A stretch of 64,000 bases of DNA, taken from the NCBI GenBank assembly GCA_028534125.1, contig CM052816.1, forward strand, positions 48,796,001 to 48,860,000, in the 5' to 3' direction. The stretch comes from Lama glama (taxonomy: Eukaryota). The notes beneath the pieces are model-generated. The model was given only the letters and a program-made list of their open reading frames with translations, was not told where the DNA came from and did no database searches. Of this stretch, positions 1 to 13,205 are shown piece by piece (position 1 is the first letter of the stretch; each line of letters begins with the position of its first letter). A program made the position numbers and the translations under genes.

Positions 1-179
1 TATAGAATGAAGTTGAGACAGATAAATAGATAAATTGAAAAGTGACAAATGACAGATGTACATAGATATGACACATCTCTCTGTCCTTCTGCCTCCCTAT
101 TCTCCACTTTCCTATGTTTACAGTGTTTAAAATATATATATTTATACGTATATACAAAATTAAAATGTTTATAAAAGAC

Positions 180-330
180 ATTCAAAAGGCACACAAGAAG
201 TTGCTGATGATGTGTGCCTCTGGGGACAATTGAATATGTGAGGAGAAAATAAAATTAGCATCACATTTATTCTTCTTTAAAATATTTACATTTTACCATA
301 CTCATGTGCTGTTTTCATAATTTAAAACAA
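180..330 (+). mobile_element. Very old LINE-1 3' end remnant (L1ME-type)
   Basis: cacacaagaagttgctgatgatgtgtgcctctgggga...attttaccatactcatgtgctgttttcataatttaaaa resembles L1ME 3' termini; highly diverged. Confidence 0.45.
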
Positions 331-463
331 ATAGTTTAAGGAAATTCTGATTTTCCTTCTTCCTTTTTTAAAATTTTGACTTTGGGGTCTTACTCACTGA
401 GCTCTAGTAAAAGGGCTGGAAGCTGCTGCTACCTTACTTCAGTGTTTCAGTTTCCCATTGATA

Positions 464-590
464 AAGTTGCCATATAAATATAGAAATACAGTATATCCAG
501 TTAATTTTGAATTTTAGATAAACAATTTTTTAAGTATAACCATCTGCCAACATTGCATAGGATGTACAGTTTGCTAAATCTGGCAATCCT
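464..590. mobile_element. MER53-like palindromic MITE, internally deleted
   Basis: Ends aagttgcca...tttgctaaatctggcaatcct; interior ccagttaattttgaattttagataaacaa and attgcataggatgtac match the MER53 consensus as I recall it. Confidence 0.75.
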
Positions 591-633
591 ACCTTTGGTG
601 TGGCATATAATATAAGAAATATAATTGTATAAT

Positions 634-763
634 TAGGTTGATCATAATATTTATTGCATAAATCAGAACACTTTTGAAAGTAAAGGTGTTCCGATCTGTA
701 ATTGCATCATGTCAACAGACACAAACTAGGTCTATGTCTGGCAAACTGGGTGGTCAGTTAATC
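634..763 (+). mobile_element. MER94-like hAT-Blackjack non-autonomous DNA transposon
   Basis: taggttgatcataatatttattgcataaatcagaacacttttgaaagtaaagg...ggcaaactggg matches the MER94 layout. Confidence 0.7.
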
Positions 764-1689
764 TTAAATATAATTCTCTCCTAGAAGAGTTAGGACAGAG
801 ATAGGCAAAGTTAAAAGACGCTTATTAAGGTGAAATATCAAGCATTGACTGTCATTCTCTCTTAATCAAAGCCACTAAGAAACATTGCCCCCACAGCCGC
901 TTAACACTGACTCTGAAAGGATTGGAGCCCATCTCTGCTGGATGCCGCTATTGTTTAATAGCTGTGGAGAATGGGAAGAAAACAAGTCAATAATAGCAAT
1001 TGTGTATGGAAATCAGTTTCTTAATATCACTGTCGAGAGGAAAGTAACAGAGTAAGTAGGAAGCAAAAAGAATAATCTTCATCTCACTAATGTCTTCAGT
1101 GTTTAAAAAAAAGTTGCTATTACAGAATCCACGTATTGCTTTAGTATGCTGCATACTGGGAGTAGCTGCACAATTTACACCTACTGCACCACAGGATATA
1201 AAGCCACATTTTACCAGACTAGACCAAGGACTGTTAAACTATAAAAAACAATATTTCAGACTGCAGTCCAAGACAATTTGAAGTGTATTTAAGGGAATAC
1301 TTTAAAAAGGCAGATTCCTGGCAGGAACTACACTTTAAATTCAGTGAGCTGTGAAGAAGTTTCTGCTCCTTAAACCTTGTCTGCTTCAAAAGGTTTATTG
1401 ATTGTGAGTAGAAAAGGGTCAAATTTTGTGTTTATTTTATTTTATATTTTGATACTTTACTTACAAGTCTAAAGGGAAAAGAAACACCATGAGCTCTCTA
1501 CTATCCTTTTGTTCTGTATATCACATAGATTAACAGGAAGGAAGAGAAAATCAATAGGAGTATGTTGATAAGATGAACTGCACAACTGTATTTAGCTAAT
1601 ATTTATATGCTTCTTATTTGTAGGGTATTAATTTTATAGACCATTCAGCTTTATAAATGGTCATGTGATTGTCCATCTGAGTCTCCATA

Positions 1690-2120
1690 TAAGTGGCATA
1701 CATATTCAAATTAGAACAATGTTACAAGGACATTTGTGAAAATGTGTGGCAGGATGTAGCAAAACCAGAAAAGATAATACCAAGCCCTGAGGATAGTTAC
1801 TGAATGGTGAAGGAGAGAAATCTGTGAAAGTTTTGTGGTTTTTTGTTTGTTTGTTTTTGCCTCGAGATGACTATCACCCCACAGTGAGTGACAATACTAG
1901 GTTACTAACCCAAGAAAGAGGCAGACAATGGAATAAATATGCTGACTTCATCCTCTAATATCCTTCCAGGGCTCCCTGGTGATCAAACTCTATGGGGATC
2001 CAGAGGACAAAGGATATAAATGTATTAAGTGCCATAAATCAGATAGCTTTCTGGGATAGAGAGGATGGTGGAGAAGAGCAGAGAGTAGATCTGGAGGAGA
2101 AATAGAAGATCTGTGTCATA
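1690..2120 (-). mobile_element. LTR33-like ERVL solo LTR
   Basis: ggaataaatatgctgacttcatcctc...ccagaggacaaagg...gagagtagatctggaggagaaatagaagat resembles the antisense LTR33 family. Confidence 0.6.
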
Positions 2121-2794
2121 TCAGTTCAAAAAATATTAAATGCTTATTGTACACAGGAAATTGTGTTGGGTGTGGGGAAAATGAACAGGACAGGGTTCAA
2201 TCTTTCAAAGAAGAAAAGCAGAGACTTTAAAATTGATTAAATATTAAAGAGACGTGGGAAGAGATACTATGTCATACATCATTTCCTCCCACACACACAA
2301 ATAATGCTTGTTTTTTCAAATTCAGTTATTCATAAACTTTAGTTTTCTTATTTTTAATGTATGTTTACTAAAATGTTTCATATTTATGGCCATATAAAGA
2401 TTCTATGTTATTTCAACAATGGTATTCAGTTTCCACCTAGTCCCTAAATCAAGTATTTAGCAATATGGACATGGAGATTTCTATATTTGAATAAGACCCA
2501 GTATTTTGATAAGAAACCATCCTCATCTTATTTCAACTAATCCACAACACAAAGCATGTATAATTGTTTTAAACCTATTTCTACCTCTCCTTCATTATCA
2601 CAGTACGAATGTAAATCTCAATTTTTATCTCTTCCTAATCTCCCCATTCAATGTAGAAGGAGTCTCTGATACTCAGCTGGCAGATTAACATACAACTTTT
2701 TCAGAATTTTTTCAGCAATACAAAATATATAGTTTTCTAAAGGAGTTTTTTTCATTTCTCTTGGATATTTCTAACACTTAAAAAAGATTTAAAA

Positions 2795-4152
2795 ATAATT
2801 TGTTTCTATATACCAGCAAGAAACAATCCAAAAAGGAAATTAAGAAAGCAATTGCATTTATAATAACATATAAAATAATAAAATACCTCAGAATACATGA
2901 AGCCGTGGAGATGAGACTTGCATACTGAAAACTTCAAAATATTGCTGAAAGAAATTAAAAACCTAAATAATTGGAAGGACATTTCATGCTTATGAATAGG
3001 AAGACTTAATATTGTTAAGATTGTTAAGATCTACAGACTCAACACAATCCTTAACAAAATTCCAACAGCCTTTTTGTGTGTAAGTTAACAGGATACACAT
3101 ACACACATATTTATATATGATATTGGTTCTGCTCTCTGGAAAACCCTAACACAGCATCAAAAAGCATTATTAAAAAAGTGAAAGACAGAATGGAAGAAAA
3201 TATTTGTGACTTATATAGCTGATAAAGGCTTAATACCCAACATATGTAAAGGACTCCTGCAACTTAACAACAACTAATTGAAAAACTAGGTTTAAAATGA
3301 GCAAAAGATTTGAACAGATGATTTTTTTTATTAAAAAAAATGCAAATGGCCAAAAAGCAAAAGAAAAGATGCTCATTCACTAAGGAAATTCAAATCAAAA
3401 CTTCTATTAGTTACCACTTCATAGCTATTAGAATAACAATGATTTTTTAAAAAGCAAAAAACAAAAAGTATTGGAAAGGATGTGTAAAATTAGGAACTCT
3501 TATAAAATTACTGGTGGGAATGTAAAATAGTACATCCACCATGGAAAACAGTTTGTCAGTTCTCCTGAACATAGACTTACTATATGACCCAGAAATTCCA
3601 TTCCTAGATATATACCCAAAATAACTGTAAACAAGGACTCAAATACTCATTTGCTAATGTTCATTTCAGCATTATTCACAATAGCCAGAAGATGTAAACT
3701 ACCCAAGTATCCATCAGATGAATGGATAAACAAAAATTCCATAAAACAATCTTCAGCCATAAAGATATGTCCTGATATGTGCTACAACATGGATGAACCT
3801 TGGAAATACACTAAATGAAATAAGCCAGACACCAGGGAACAAATATTATATGGTTCCATTTATATAAATACAAAGAATAGGCAAATTTATAGACCCAGAT
3901 GTTACCAGGAGCTGGTGGGAGAGGGGAATGGGAATTTATTCCTTAATAGTCATAAATTTTCTGTTTTGGCTGATGAAAAAGTTTTGGAAATAGTGGTAAC
4001 ATACAGTACAATATTGTGAGTATAATTGATGCCACTGAATTATACACTTAAAAATGTCAAATTTTTAAATTTATAAATGTATGTTATAACATATAGTATA
4101 TATTTTATATATTTTATATATTATATATTAAGTATATATTTACCATAATAAG
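2795..4152 (+). mobile_element. 5'-truncated LINE-1 (L1MB-type): decayed ORF2 3' part plus 3' UTR, with an internal deletion
   Basis: Typical ORF2 sequence (attgctgaaagaaattaaa, ggaagacttaatattgttaagat, tggtgggaatgtaaaatagtac, tatgacccagaaattccattcctag, ccatcagatgaatggataaac) and L1MB-type 3' UTR (gatgaaaaagttttggaaatag...gccactgaattatacacttaaaaatg). Confidence 0.9.
3088..3152 (+). mobile_element. MLT2-like (ERVL) LTR 3' terminal fragment inside the L1
   Basis: (CA/TA)-rich run followed by tattggttctgctctctggaaaaccctaacaca, the characteristic MLT2 terminus. Confidence 0.65.
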
Positions 4153-4184
4153 ATGAAATAATGATTCTTACCTTGTGATGAAAG

Positions 4185-4450
4185 AGGGGTTTGCAGTTAG
4201 TCACTAAGCCTCATTGAGAACACGATAGTTGACCAATACATGGAATATTTGCAGGTATTATCCATGCAGAGTTAATCTGATGGAATACTGTCCCTAAAAT
4301 AGAAGCCTACTCTGGAGGCTCCTGTAAGCCTATATAGTTGAAGCGGAATGAGGAAAGAGAGGGAAATTTTGAGGTCAGAGTTAAGAAGGGCAGATAAAAA
4401 CAGCAATCCTTGTAGTAAGAACACACTATGTAGGAAAATGTGACATGATA
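4185..4450 (-). mobile_element. L2 fragment
   Basis: Purine-rich decayed sequence (gaagcggaatgaggaaagagagggaaattttgaggtcagagttaagaagggcagat) typical of antisense L2. Confidence 0.45.
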
Positions 4451-5589
4451 TTATAACCTAACTCAGTATAACTCATGCAAAAGCAGAAGAGCTTGATTGT
4501 GTTAAATGGGAAGCAAATTTAATTTTTTACCATGATTCAATGGAAACCTTGTGGTCATTCTTTTCAGAAAGGGTTCAAAATAGCTTTGCAAGAAAGACTC
4601 TATTTTTTAATCATAACTATAATTTGTCACTTACCCCTTAAGGAGTGGGACCAAATGTTTTTCTGAAGTGCTCAAATTATTTCAAATAGATGTTATTGCA
4701 TCCTCCACGCTGAAGGTGAATTATGGAGCCTCTAGCACCAAAGCACATACAAACACACTCACACAAACAATGCACATAATTCTTCCTAAGGGAATGTATA
4801 GTTTTTACTATTTACATAGTTTCATGTACATTACTTCCTTAGAATCCTTTCTACACATTTGAGAATTAGACTAAGAAAAGTTTATCAAACACTGGAGGGA
4901 GTGCAGACAAACAAATTTTTTCTCAGAGATAAAAACAACAGGGTTTTTTTTTCTTTTTTCATGTAAAAAAATTTTTTTAGCAGAAATGTTAAAGTTTCCA
5001 CTTAAATTGACTACCACAATTTTCTTTACAAAGTAAATTATGTAAGGAAACAGTTATCATATTAAAAAAAAGATAAACTATTTTTAGCATTCACTGTTCT
5101 GATAGAATTTTCTATGTTGAGTACAGAAGAGACAAAAGCATCATGACATTATACATGTCCGTAGACTAAGGAAATAATATTTTTAAGTCCCCATGACTCA
5201 GAGAGTGACAGCACAAGGCCACTATCACAGAATTCTAGTCTTAGTCTCTACAAATAATGTAAAGAAAAAGTAGTCATAAAAAAAATCTTCTCTGTTGTCC
5301 ATTACTCATTGTTAAAGTATTTGGTAATATGAAAGTGAGTTGTCATTTCTTTCAATAAACACTTACTTAGGTTGGCAAACCATTTTAAACATATGTGTTA
5401 GATGTATGTCAGAGACTCAGTGATTCTAGTTTCCCTGTGATTTAGAGGTCTATAGGTGTTCGATGAAGGTAATTGATTATGTGAGAAATCAAAGTTTGAA
5501 CAAGTGTGGATGTGAAAAATAACGACACCCATCATCCTCACTGAATTCTCAATTTTTTCATTATTTTGAAGTAAAGCAATAAATCCAAA

Positions 5590-5742
5590 AATGACTTTAG
5601 ATAATATCCAGTGTGACTCACTCACTTTACAGATGAAAAGCAGAGCTCCACAGAGATTAAATACTCCTCCAAGGAAAAGGCCTGTAAGTAACAAATCTGG
5701 TCCAAGAACACCTCAGTGTTCTCCCCACTATACAACACTACT
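5590..5742 (-). mobile_element. MIR SINE fragment
   Basis: ctcactttacagatgaaaagcagagctccacagagattaaatactcctccaagg is the antisense MIR core. Confidence 0.6.
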
Positions 5743-5919
5743 CCCTCTGACCTGCTTTCTAGTCCCTATACCTATAATAACATACACAAATTAAAAATGA
5801 GAGACTTCATTCTCTCTGTTGAAAATGAGAGATTTCCTCTCTTCATTTTTGTTTCAGCATTTATAGTTGTTGTTAAGTACTTTCTCCTTTCTTTGAAATA
5901 TACATACATATTTTTAAAG

Positions 5920-6452
5920 ACTAGATTGGCATTTAGTCATCATTATGACCTAAGGATGTCTTTCTCAAGAACCTGGAAGCCATCTCTGAAATGTACCGTC
6001 AAGGGAGATTGCACCCCTATCTCCCTGTTTTTGTGGAAGGGCAGGAGCCTAGCTTTGGTGGGCAGCATCTCGCTCCAAGTTGCAAAATTACTTCCTGTCA
6101 AAAAGTATAAGAAGTTTGTTTTTCCTCAGGACAAAGTCAGTTAGCTAACAGAACCTAATTACCAGATAAAGGTAAAATTAGGAAACACTGCTTGTGACAA
6201 ATGGTGGTATCAAGTCTTCTTACTTGAGAACTAGTTGTTTATTACCTTGAAAGTGTGTCAGTAATGTAGTAGTTGTTCGGCTATATAAATGGGTGAGATT
6301 TCTGTCTTTACTGTTTGATAGCGGATTGCCTCTGATGGGCATCACATCTTAGTTTAATGTTTATTAAATAGTAAATGTGTTTTCTTTCTCTACTGCCTTT
6401 ATGGAGGGTTTTTGGGTTGAGAGATTATGTTTTTAATTATACTTCCCCAGTA
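5920..6452 (+). mobile_element. MER34-like ERV1 LTR (5' part missing)
   Basis: gaacctggaagccatctctgaaatgt, gcacccctatctccctgtttttgtggaagggcaggagcct, TATA-like ctatataaat near 6281 and terminus tttaattatacttcccca match the MER34 family. Confidence 0.75.
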
Positions 6453-6777
6453 CACTAGGATTAGTCTTTCTCCTCTCCTTCCCTCTTTCCTACTTCTTAT
6501 CTTTGATCCCTTCCTTTAACCCTTCAAAAAATTGAGTATATAGTTGTCAAGAACTGAACAAAAGACAAGAGATAATTAACATTTATTTAAAATTTAATTC
6601 AATTCAGCAAATTTTCATATTGTACTGTTGAGAAATAATTACTGTGATAGGTACTTAACTTGCACAAAGTTGAGTAAAATGGGTCATTGTCTTCAAGAAA
6701 CTGACAGAAAAGAAAGATGATGAATAAATCTAATACATTGGGGTTAATGAAATGATAGCACTGTATATAAGACCCTC

Positions 6778-6975
6778 TGTAGTGTGCTGGTTAAGTGCAG
6801 AGATCCTGATTCCAGGCTCTCTGAATTCAACCCACTTTTACTACTTATGAAACTAATGTCTTTTGCCAAACTCTATGTGCCTCAGTTATCTATGAATGGA
6901 GTAATATTTCCTATCATGTAGGGCTGTTGTGAAGATTAAATGACTATGTGCCTACAGAGAGCACCCAGCATAACA
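6778..6975 (+). mobile_element. MIR SINE
   Basis: gtagtgtgctggttaagtgcagag...ctctatgtgcctcagtt...tagggctgttgtgaagattaaatga. Confidence 0.8.
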
Positions 6976-9384
6976 TAAGATCTTTACAAGCTTGAGCCAA
7001 TGACAGAGTCTGTAGGCAGAATGCTATTAACCCATCCTTTCCTGAACAGTGCTTTCCATGAGTTCTGAGGATAGACAAAGTAGAGGTGTGAAACAGTGGT
7101 ATGCATGCAGAGAAGCATTTACAACTCAGCATTTTAGGAAGTTAAATTGCAAAGCACTGACTGGGGTCATCATAAGGTCTATCTTTGCTATCTGTATTGA
7201 AGATGTTACTCCTAAGTATGGAGTTGCAGAAGGAATTTAATCAGGAAATACAATAACTAGATATAGCATGACATCAGCTTACTAAAAGATGAATTTTGAG
7301 TCATTGGCAATAGGAGGGGAGACAAGAATAAAGTAGGATAAAACAACTTGACCGTCTGATGATTTTACACTCTGGAACTTCTAAGTATACTTTTAAATTA
7401 AATTAATTAATAATACAGCTTAAAAATCCACTTCTGAGAGCTGAGTGAGCAGAGGATATAATTTCCCTTATTTAATACTCCTATATCTTGGCATTAAGAA
7501 AAATTATGTTTTTTCTTGTTTTATATATTTAATTTTTGACACTGTAGGCTGTTATTATTAAACATCAAGTAGATGTGTTGAGTTTTTCTTATCTCTTAAA
7601 ACAGGAATTGATTTATATTAGTAAATAGAATCTTGATATCCACTTCAATTTTAATATATAATTTTTGAAATGGAAAGTATTCTGACTGCTAACATCTTCA
7701 TGCATCAGTATCCATTATAGCTGTAATGAGAAAAATATGTATAAGCATGGGTATTATTATTAATGAACAACTGCTTAATCAAATTTCTAAGAGGTAAGAT
7801 GACTGACAGAAGAACATAACATGCAGAAGGACTTGCACAAAAGTCAAATTATTAGGCTTATTTATAAAATTTATACTACCAAACTGACATTCTTTATAAC
7901 TAGTTCTTAATCTTATAGCAAAGCAACTTCTTGTCTATAGCCAGGTCAGAATCAAGAAGAGCTCTAGTTCTGTCATTTGCCACTTTGTGGAGTCTTTATG
8001 TCTACATCCAATTTGCCTCTTCATATGCACATGTACAGCTAGCTACTTGAAAATTACCACTTGCCTGCCAAAGCATTACTGACCATAAGTTTTAAAGAAT
8101 TTTCAACATGTATATACAAATCTTAGCAAAATGAAGACATTCTCTGTGGTCATCTTGCAGATATTATTTGATGCTTATAAAATACTTGGGAGTAGCGTCT
8201 ATCCCGTTTCTGTATGGTGAGTCACATCTTCATATGTATTTTGCCTACTACATCTTGATATAGGAGAGCTTTTCTCTTAAGTATAGCATGCACACACAAT
8301 ATACAGGCCTAATGCTATTCCTAGGTAATCAAGAATCCTGGCATAGAAGATACCCGTGCTCAAATACCATGACTGTTCCTCACTGCCCTTAGAGTACTTC
8401 AACTTCTACTATTTTATGTATTGCAAAGAATTTTAGGCTGGAAAAATGACTAACTCAAATATAATTAAAACTACATGTGTACAAAAATTATAATGAATTC
8501 CCCTAATGTTTTACAATGATTTATAATATTTTAAATTATGTAAATCTGCATGATATAATCTTTGCATCTTGTCAGTTTTTGCCAATTCAGAGATTCCTTC
8601 ATATCTTTGCCTTGATGTATTTTCCTTAAAGGGAAAGTAGACAAATGTACATGATAAAAAATTAAACAGTAGGGGTACAATAAAAATATAATAGCTTACA
8701 GAACTAAAAACAGTGAGATATGGAGAGAGAATGAAAATCAGCAAGGGAAGAGAACATTAGAGTTGAAGAATATTATACAAATACTGAGATATCAGGGAAG
8801 TAAATAGCTTTCTTTCAAAATGCCCATGTTATCAGTAAACAAAGAAATGAGAAAATCACATTGAAAATCATGTGAGCTACATTCTAAAATATGGACGAAA
8901 GGCTGTAACAACTTAAGAAAAGGGAATTGTTCCCTGGTAACCAAATTTAGTTTCATCTTTTCTACTACCTTCCTTTAAAATTTTCATACTGTGGAGCTGG
9001 GGTACATTTTTGCATAAGCAAAAATAATCTCAAACTGGTGGAAGAAATCTGGAAAAAATTAGACTATGTTACATTTAATGTAGCATTGTGTTTTAACATT
9101 TTTAATATTAGAATTTCATGTTTTAACAGCATTTTCTAATTTTTATAAGCTTGGAATTATAAATAACATATATCTATCCATGATAAAACTATAGTTTCTC
9201 TGCTCACTCAATTCTTTAAAAATGCAAATTTAATCTATCTGAATGCCTACTTGTAAGTGTATGTCTTAAAATAATTAATTTGCAAATTTCTTTCCTGTGA
9301 GTGATAATGAATTATTCCATATTATATGGTAGAGCTAATGACAAATGTATCACTTTAGATCAATTTTTTCTAAATTTGAATTGC

Positions 9385-9635
9385 TGATATGCCCCAAACC
9401 TACCCATCTCAGAAATCTTCCCCATCTTAGATAACAGTTAAATCCTATTAGTTGTATAGGTCAAAAATCTTGGTATATTCTTAATGCTTCTATATCTCTC
9501 ACACCCAAATCTAATCCATAAATCCTGACACCTTTGCCTTTTAGCACCAGTCACATAAGACCACCATTTTTTATATGCTAATACAATAGCCTCATACGAG
9601 AGTAGGATTCAATACATATTTACTGAATGAATTAG
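9385..9635 (+). mobile_element. L2 fragment with 3' terminus
   Basis: tcttccccatcttagataacag...ggtcaaaaatcttggtatattcttaatgcttc...agtaggattcaatacatatttactgaatgaa (L2 3' end motif). Confidence 0.65.
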
Positions 9636-10539
9636 TATATTAATGAATGTGAACATTACTCATCTGAAAACTTCCTGACCAACTAGCAGTCTTCATATAG
9701 AAATACCTTAGACTTACTTGTGCCAAATATTGAAATACCATGTGTTCACTTACATGTAGCACAATAATAAAAAGCACCATTTCTCCAGATAAAAGCCACT
9801 CTGATTCAGTAATGCTGCTGTAGATAATGCCGTATTGCTCTGTCACAGTTGAGGTTAGTTAAAGCTAACAGCAAATTAAATAACTACTTATCATTGGTTG
9901 AATTCAAGCTACAAGATAATTAAAAGCCTGCAAATTTACTTTCCGTCAAACATGAGTAGGGAAGCAGGGAAAAGAAACTACAAGAGATATTCTAATTTTT
10001 CCCAGGTTTCTTGAGGAGCATTCATAAAGCAATTTGCAAAAAAGTATGTTTTCTTTAGAGCAAACAAGGAAGTATGGTGTCAATTGCATTCATGTAATCT
10101 GTTTAATTATTTCTCAGAAGTATGAAGTTTTCACACTAAGTAAATTTCAGATGTATTGCATTCTATATATGAAATTATTTGTGTGAAATTTGCATTAAAC
10201 CATCTGAATTATTAAGTAATTAATAACTGATTATCAGTTTAAACTGGTTATAGAAATGTGATTTTAGTATTCAGATCAAAGTAAAATCGAACTTATTTAA
10301 TTTTAGTGACAATTTTAACAAAATGAAATTTAAAAATATAAAGTTTGGTTGGTCAGTGTAGAGTTTCCAATCTTCCTAATATTTTATATCATAAAAGTCA
10401 AATATTAAGGAAAAATTAGAGAATATGAGAGCAGAAAGCAATATTTAGATATTGTGAAACCCATGTTTCTTATTTTACAGACCCAGAAAGATGAGCTGTT
10501 TAATGTCATTTCTGGTCCCACTCTGCTTCAGTTTTACCT

Positions 10540-10964
10540 TAGGGGGATGTACACTGTGACGTACCACCCAGATCCCCTTTAATAAATAAGGGAATTATTT
10601 CCCCAGCTACTGGAAGAGCTGCCAGAAGATGGTCCTTTGCTTCCTGCCCTCCTTAGAGTAGTTACAAAAGAAGTAGGTCTTGCCCAAGGTCATGCCTCCT
10701 TCTAGGATTAGCCTACATCTAAAAATTGATCAATGTGGAGGCTAAAAAGCCAGACCTTAACCCAATGTGAAACACCTCTGAAGGCCATTTCAGCTCCAGA
10801 ATTTCCCATGAATGACTGAAAGCTTTCTTTGGGAGGGTATCACACTTCAGCTTCTCTTTGACTAATCCTTCTTCCTTCCCTGCTTTCCCCTAGTGCCAAT
10901 CCCAAGAGCACTCCCAAATAACTTCTATTATCAGCATCTACTTTCAATGGAATTCAAAATGCAA
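10540..10964 (+). mobile_element. LTR16-like ERVL solo LTR
   Basis: actgtgacgtaccacccagatcccct, cttgcccaaggtcatgcctccttc, ctctgaaggccatttcagctccagaatttccc and atcccaagagcactcccaaataa are LTR16 hallmarks. Confidence 0.8.
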
Positions 10965-11174
10965 TACCTTAGAATGCCTAATATGGGACTCTACTCACAG
11001 TAGTTTCTTTTTGTGGCAATTAAGGAGTTGGAGATGTAGATCCAAAAGAATCGGAATAATGTGGAAATCTGGGTAATGAATGAAAACTACATAAATGTAG
11101 TAGGCTATAATTAACATAAAAACATTTAGGGCTATATTAAGTGACTGGAAAACAATATTGCTTAATAAATAGTT

Positions 11175-11646
11175 TGTTAACCAAAATTTTCAGAAATGAA
11201 GGCCTGACTGAAATAAAGAGGTGATTGTTTGGGGTTTTTTAGGATTGCAGCCCAGGAGACACAGATTCAAGAAGAACTTGAGTTGTGTTCCACTGGACTA
11301 CAAAATGGAGGAAGCTTAGGCAAAACCTTAAGGCCAGCATTACTTACATAAGTTGTTTTTCAAGAATTATGATTGAGGCAAAAAGTAAGGGTGCTTGTTT
11401 AGCAAGGATTAGTTGGGGTCCAAAATGCTTACATAGTTGCAAGGGGAAACCTTGAGACCACAAGTTTGCAGCTAGCAGCTGTTGTCCTAAAAATGTCTAA
11501 TGATGTCCTTGGGTTTGACACAGTTCAGAAAGTTCAAGGTCTCAGTGATTCAGGTACATGTCAGATACCAGATCCTCAATAGTCACCCAACTCCATTTTC
11601 TACGCCTGAACTATGATCACTCTATTATGATTTTAATCTGTCATCA
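11175..11646 (-). mobile_element. Complete ERV1-class solo LTR (472 bp) with 4-bp TSD
   Basis: TG...CA termini flanked by direct repeat AGTT (11171-11174 and 11647-11650); cccaggagacacagattcaagaagaacttgagttgtgttcc resembles antisense ERV1 LTR U5 regions. Confidence 0.75.
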
Positions 11647-12197
11647 AGTTGAATCAATAAGTGCAGGAATAGACTCTCCTTATCCAATTTACCACTGATT
11701 CTTTGACAGTTGTTGTGGTCTCATGATCAACTTCTCTGCCTTGATCCCAGTGCTACAGCCTTTAAAGCCTGTTATGAATCGCACATTCACAGAATAGTGA
11801 AAGTGATATTTTCTGATACCTCTAGTCTTCTAGGGTCCTAAATTCTACATCAGTGAGAATCTTTTCATATGTTCTGAGGTTTCACCACTGAAGTTCCATT
11901 AGATTATTGACAGAAGTCAAACTTCAAGTCAGCCTGCACATCAAGCATTGCTATCGAACAACTACCCCTCCATTTTAAAGCTTTGTATAAGATGTGGTGA
12001 ATAATAAAATATATGCAGATTTAGATATTTTTGATCCTTATATAGTGTTTCAACAACAAATGTTAAGTATACAATTAATATATTAAGTGGGGTCCATAAA
12101 AACTTTTGTTATTAAAATGAAGACATCCCAATTAATAATGCTAGGGCTGCTCATACTGGGAAACACTCATGTTCACCTATAGAATTACCTTGCAGAG

Positions 12198-12674
12198 TAT
12201 ATTAGTTTTATATTGTGTCAGGAACTAATTACCACACACTTGGTGGCTTGAAACACCCAAATTTATTAACTTACAGTTTTATAGGTCATAAGTCTGATAT
12301 GGATCTCACAGGGCTGAGTCAAATATTAGCTGGTTTTCATTATTTTCTAGAGACTTTAGATGAGAATTTGTTTTCTTGTCTTTTCCAGCTTCTAGAGATT
12401 ACTTGCATTCTTTGGCTCATCTTTGGCCCTCATCTTTCGTTTCCATGTCTCATCTCTCTGATGCTTCCTCTGATTCCCTCCTGTATTTTTAAGGACACCA
12501 GTGATTAGATTTGGTCTAGCTGGACAACCCAGGATAATCCCCTCATCTCAAATGTCGTTCATTAGCAACTTTAATTGCACCTACAACCTTAATGCCCTTT
12601 TGCCATGTAACGTAATTTATTCACAAACTCCAAAGATTAGAACATCTTTAGGGAGCCATGATTTTGCCCACACT
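12198..12674 (-). mobile_element. MLT1 (MLT1C/D-like) MaLR solo LTR
   Basis: tatattagtttt...aattaccacacacttggtggcttgaaac...tcttttccagcttctagag...cccaggataatccc...ttgccatgtaacgtaatttattcaca...gattagaacatctttaggg. Confidence 0.9.
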
Positions 12675-12989
12675 ATGGAGCTACTTCTATTCTTGGCTAC
12701 TGGGCCAGTTGGAACTCTGACCCAATACAATATGGCATTTATAATGCATATCTGCTCAGCTGACCTTCTTATGGCACCTTAGAGCTGTCTTGCTCCTGTG
12801 AACCCTGGGTCTGCCTCACTTGCTTCTGATATGGCATCCTGAGTCATTCCAAAATGAACATGCTGTTTACACCTGCACAGGTTGCCTTTATTTTTCTTAC
12901 ACTAGTCTCCCTCTGCTCAATCCAAATTGGTAGTAGATTTAAAATATCTATAATTTCAACCAATTAATATTTGGAAGATCTGATCTAAA

Positions 12990-13205
12990 AGCAAACTTCT
13001 GAAATATTTTTTTTCCTGCCTTTATATCCCTGAAGTATTAATTTCCTCTTTTTCTTGTCATCACCCTGTTCTACCTTAATATGAACTTAATTATATATTT
13101 GCGTTCCTACTACAAAGAAAACCAGTTGGCTGAAGTTGTTTTTTGTTTTATTCCTCACTCTAGTATCCTATGCATGGTAGATGTTCAATAAACATTTCTT
13201 AAATG
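12990..13205 (+). mobile_element. L2 3' fragment
   Basis: Ends in atgcatggtagatgttcaataaacatttcttaaatg, an L2 terminal motif. Confidence 0.5.

Noticed and set aside
5716..6144. 142-aa ORF
   Set aside because: It runs from a MIR through unique DNA into a MER34-like LTR, has a non-ATG start and no recognisable domain.
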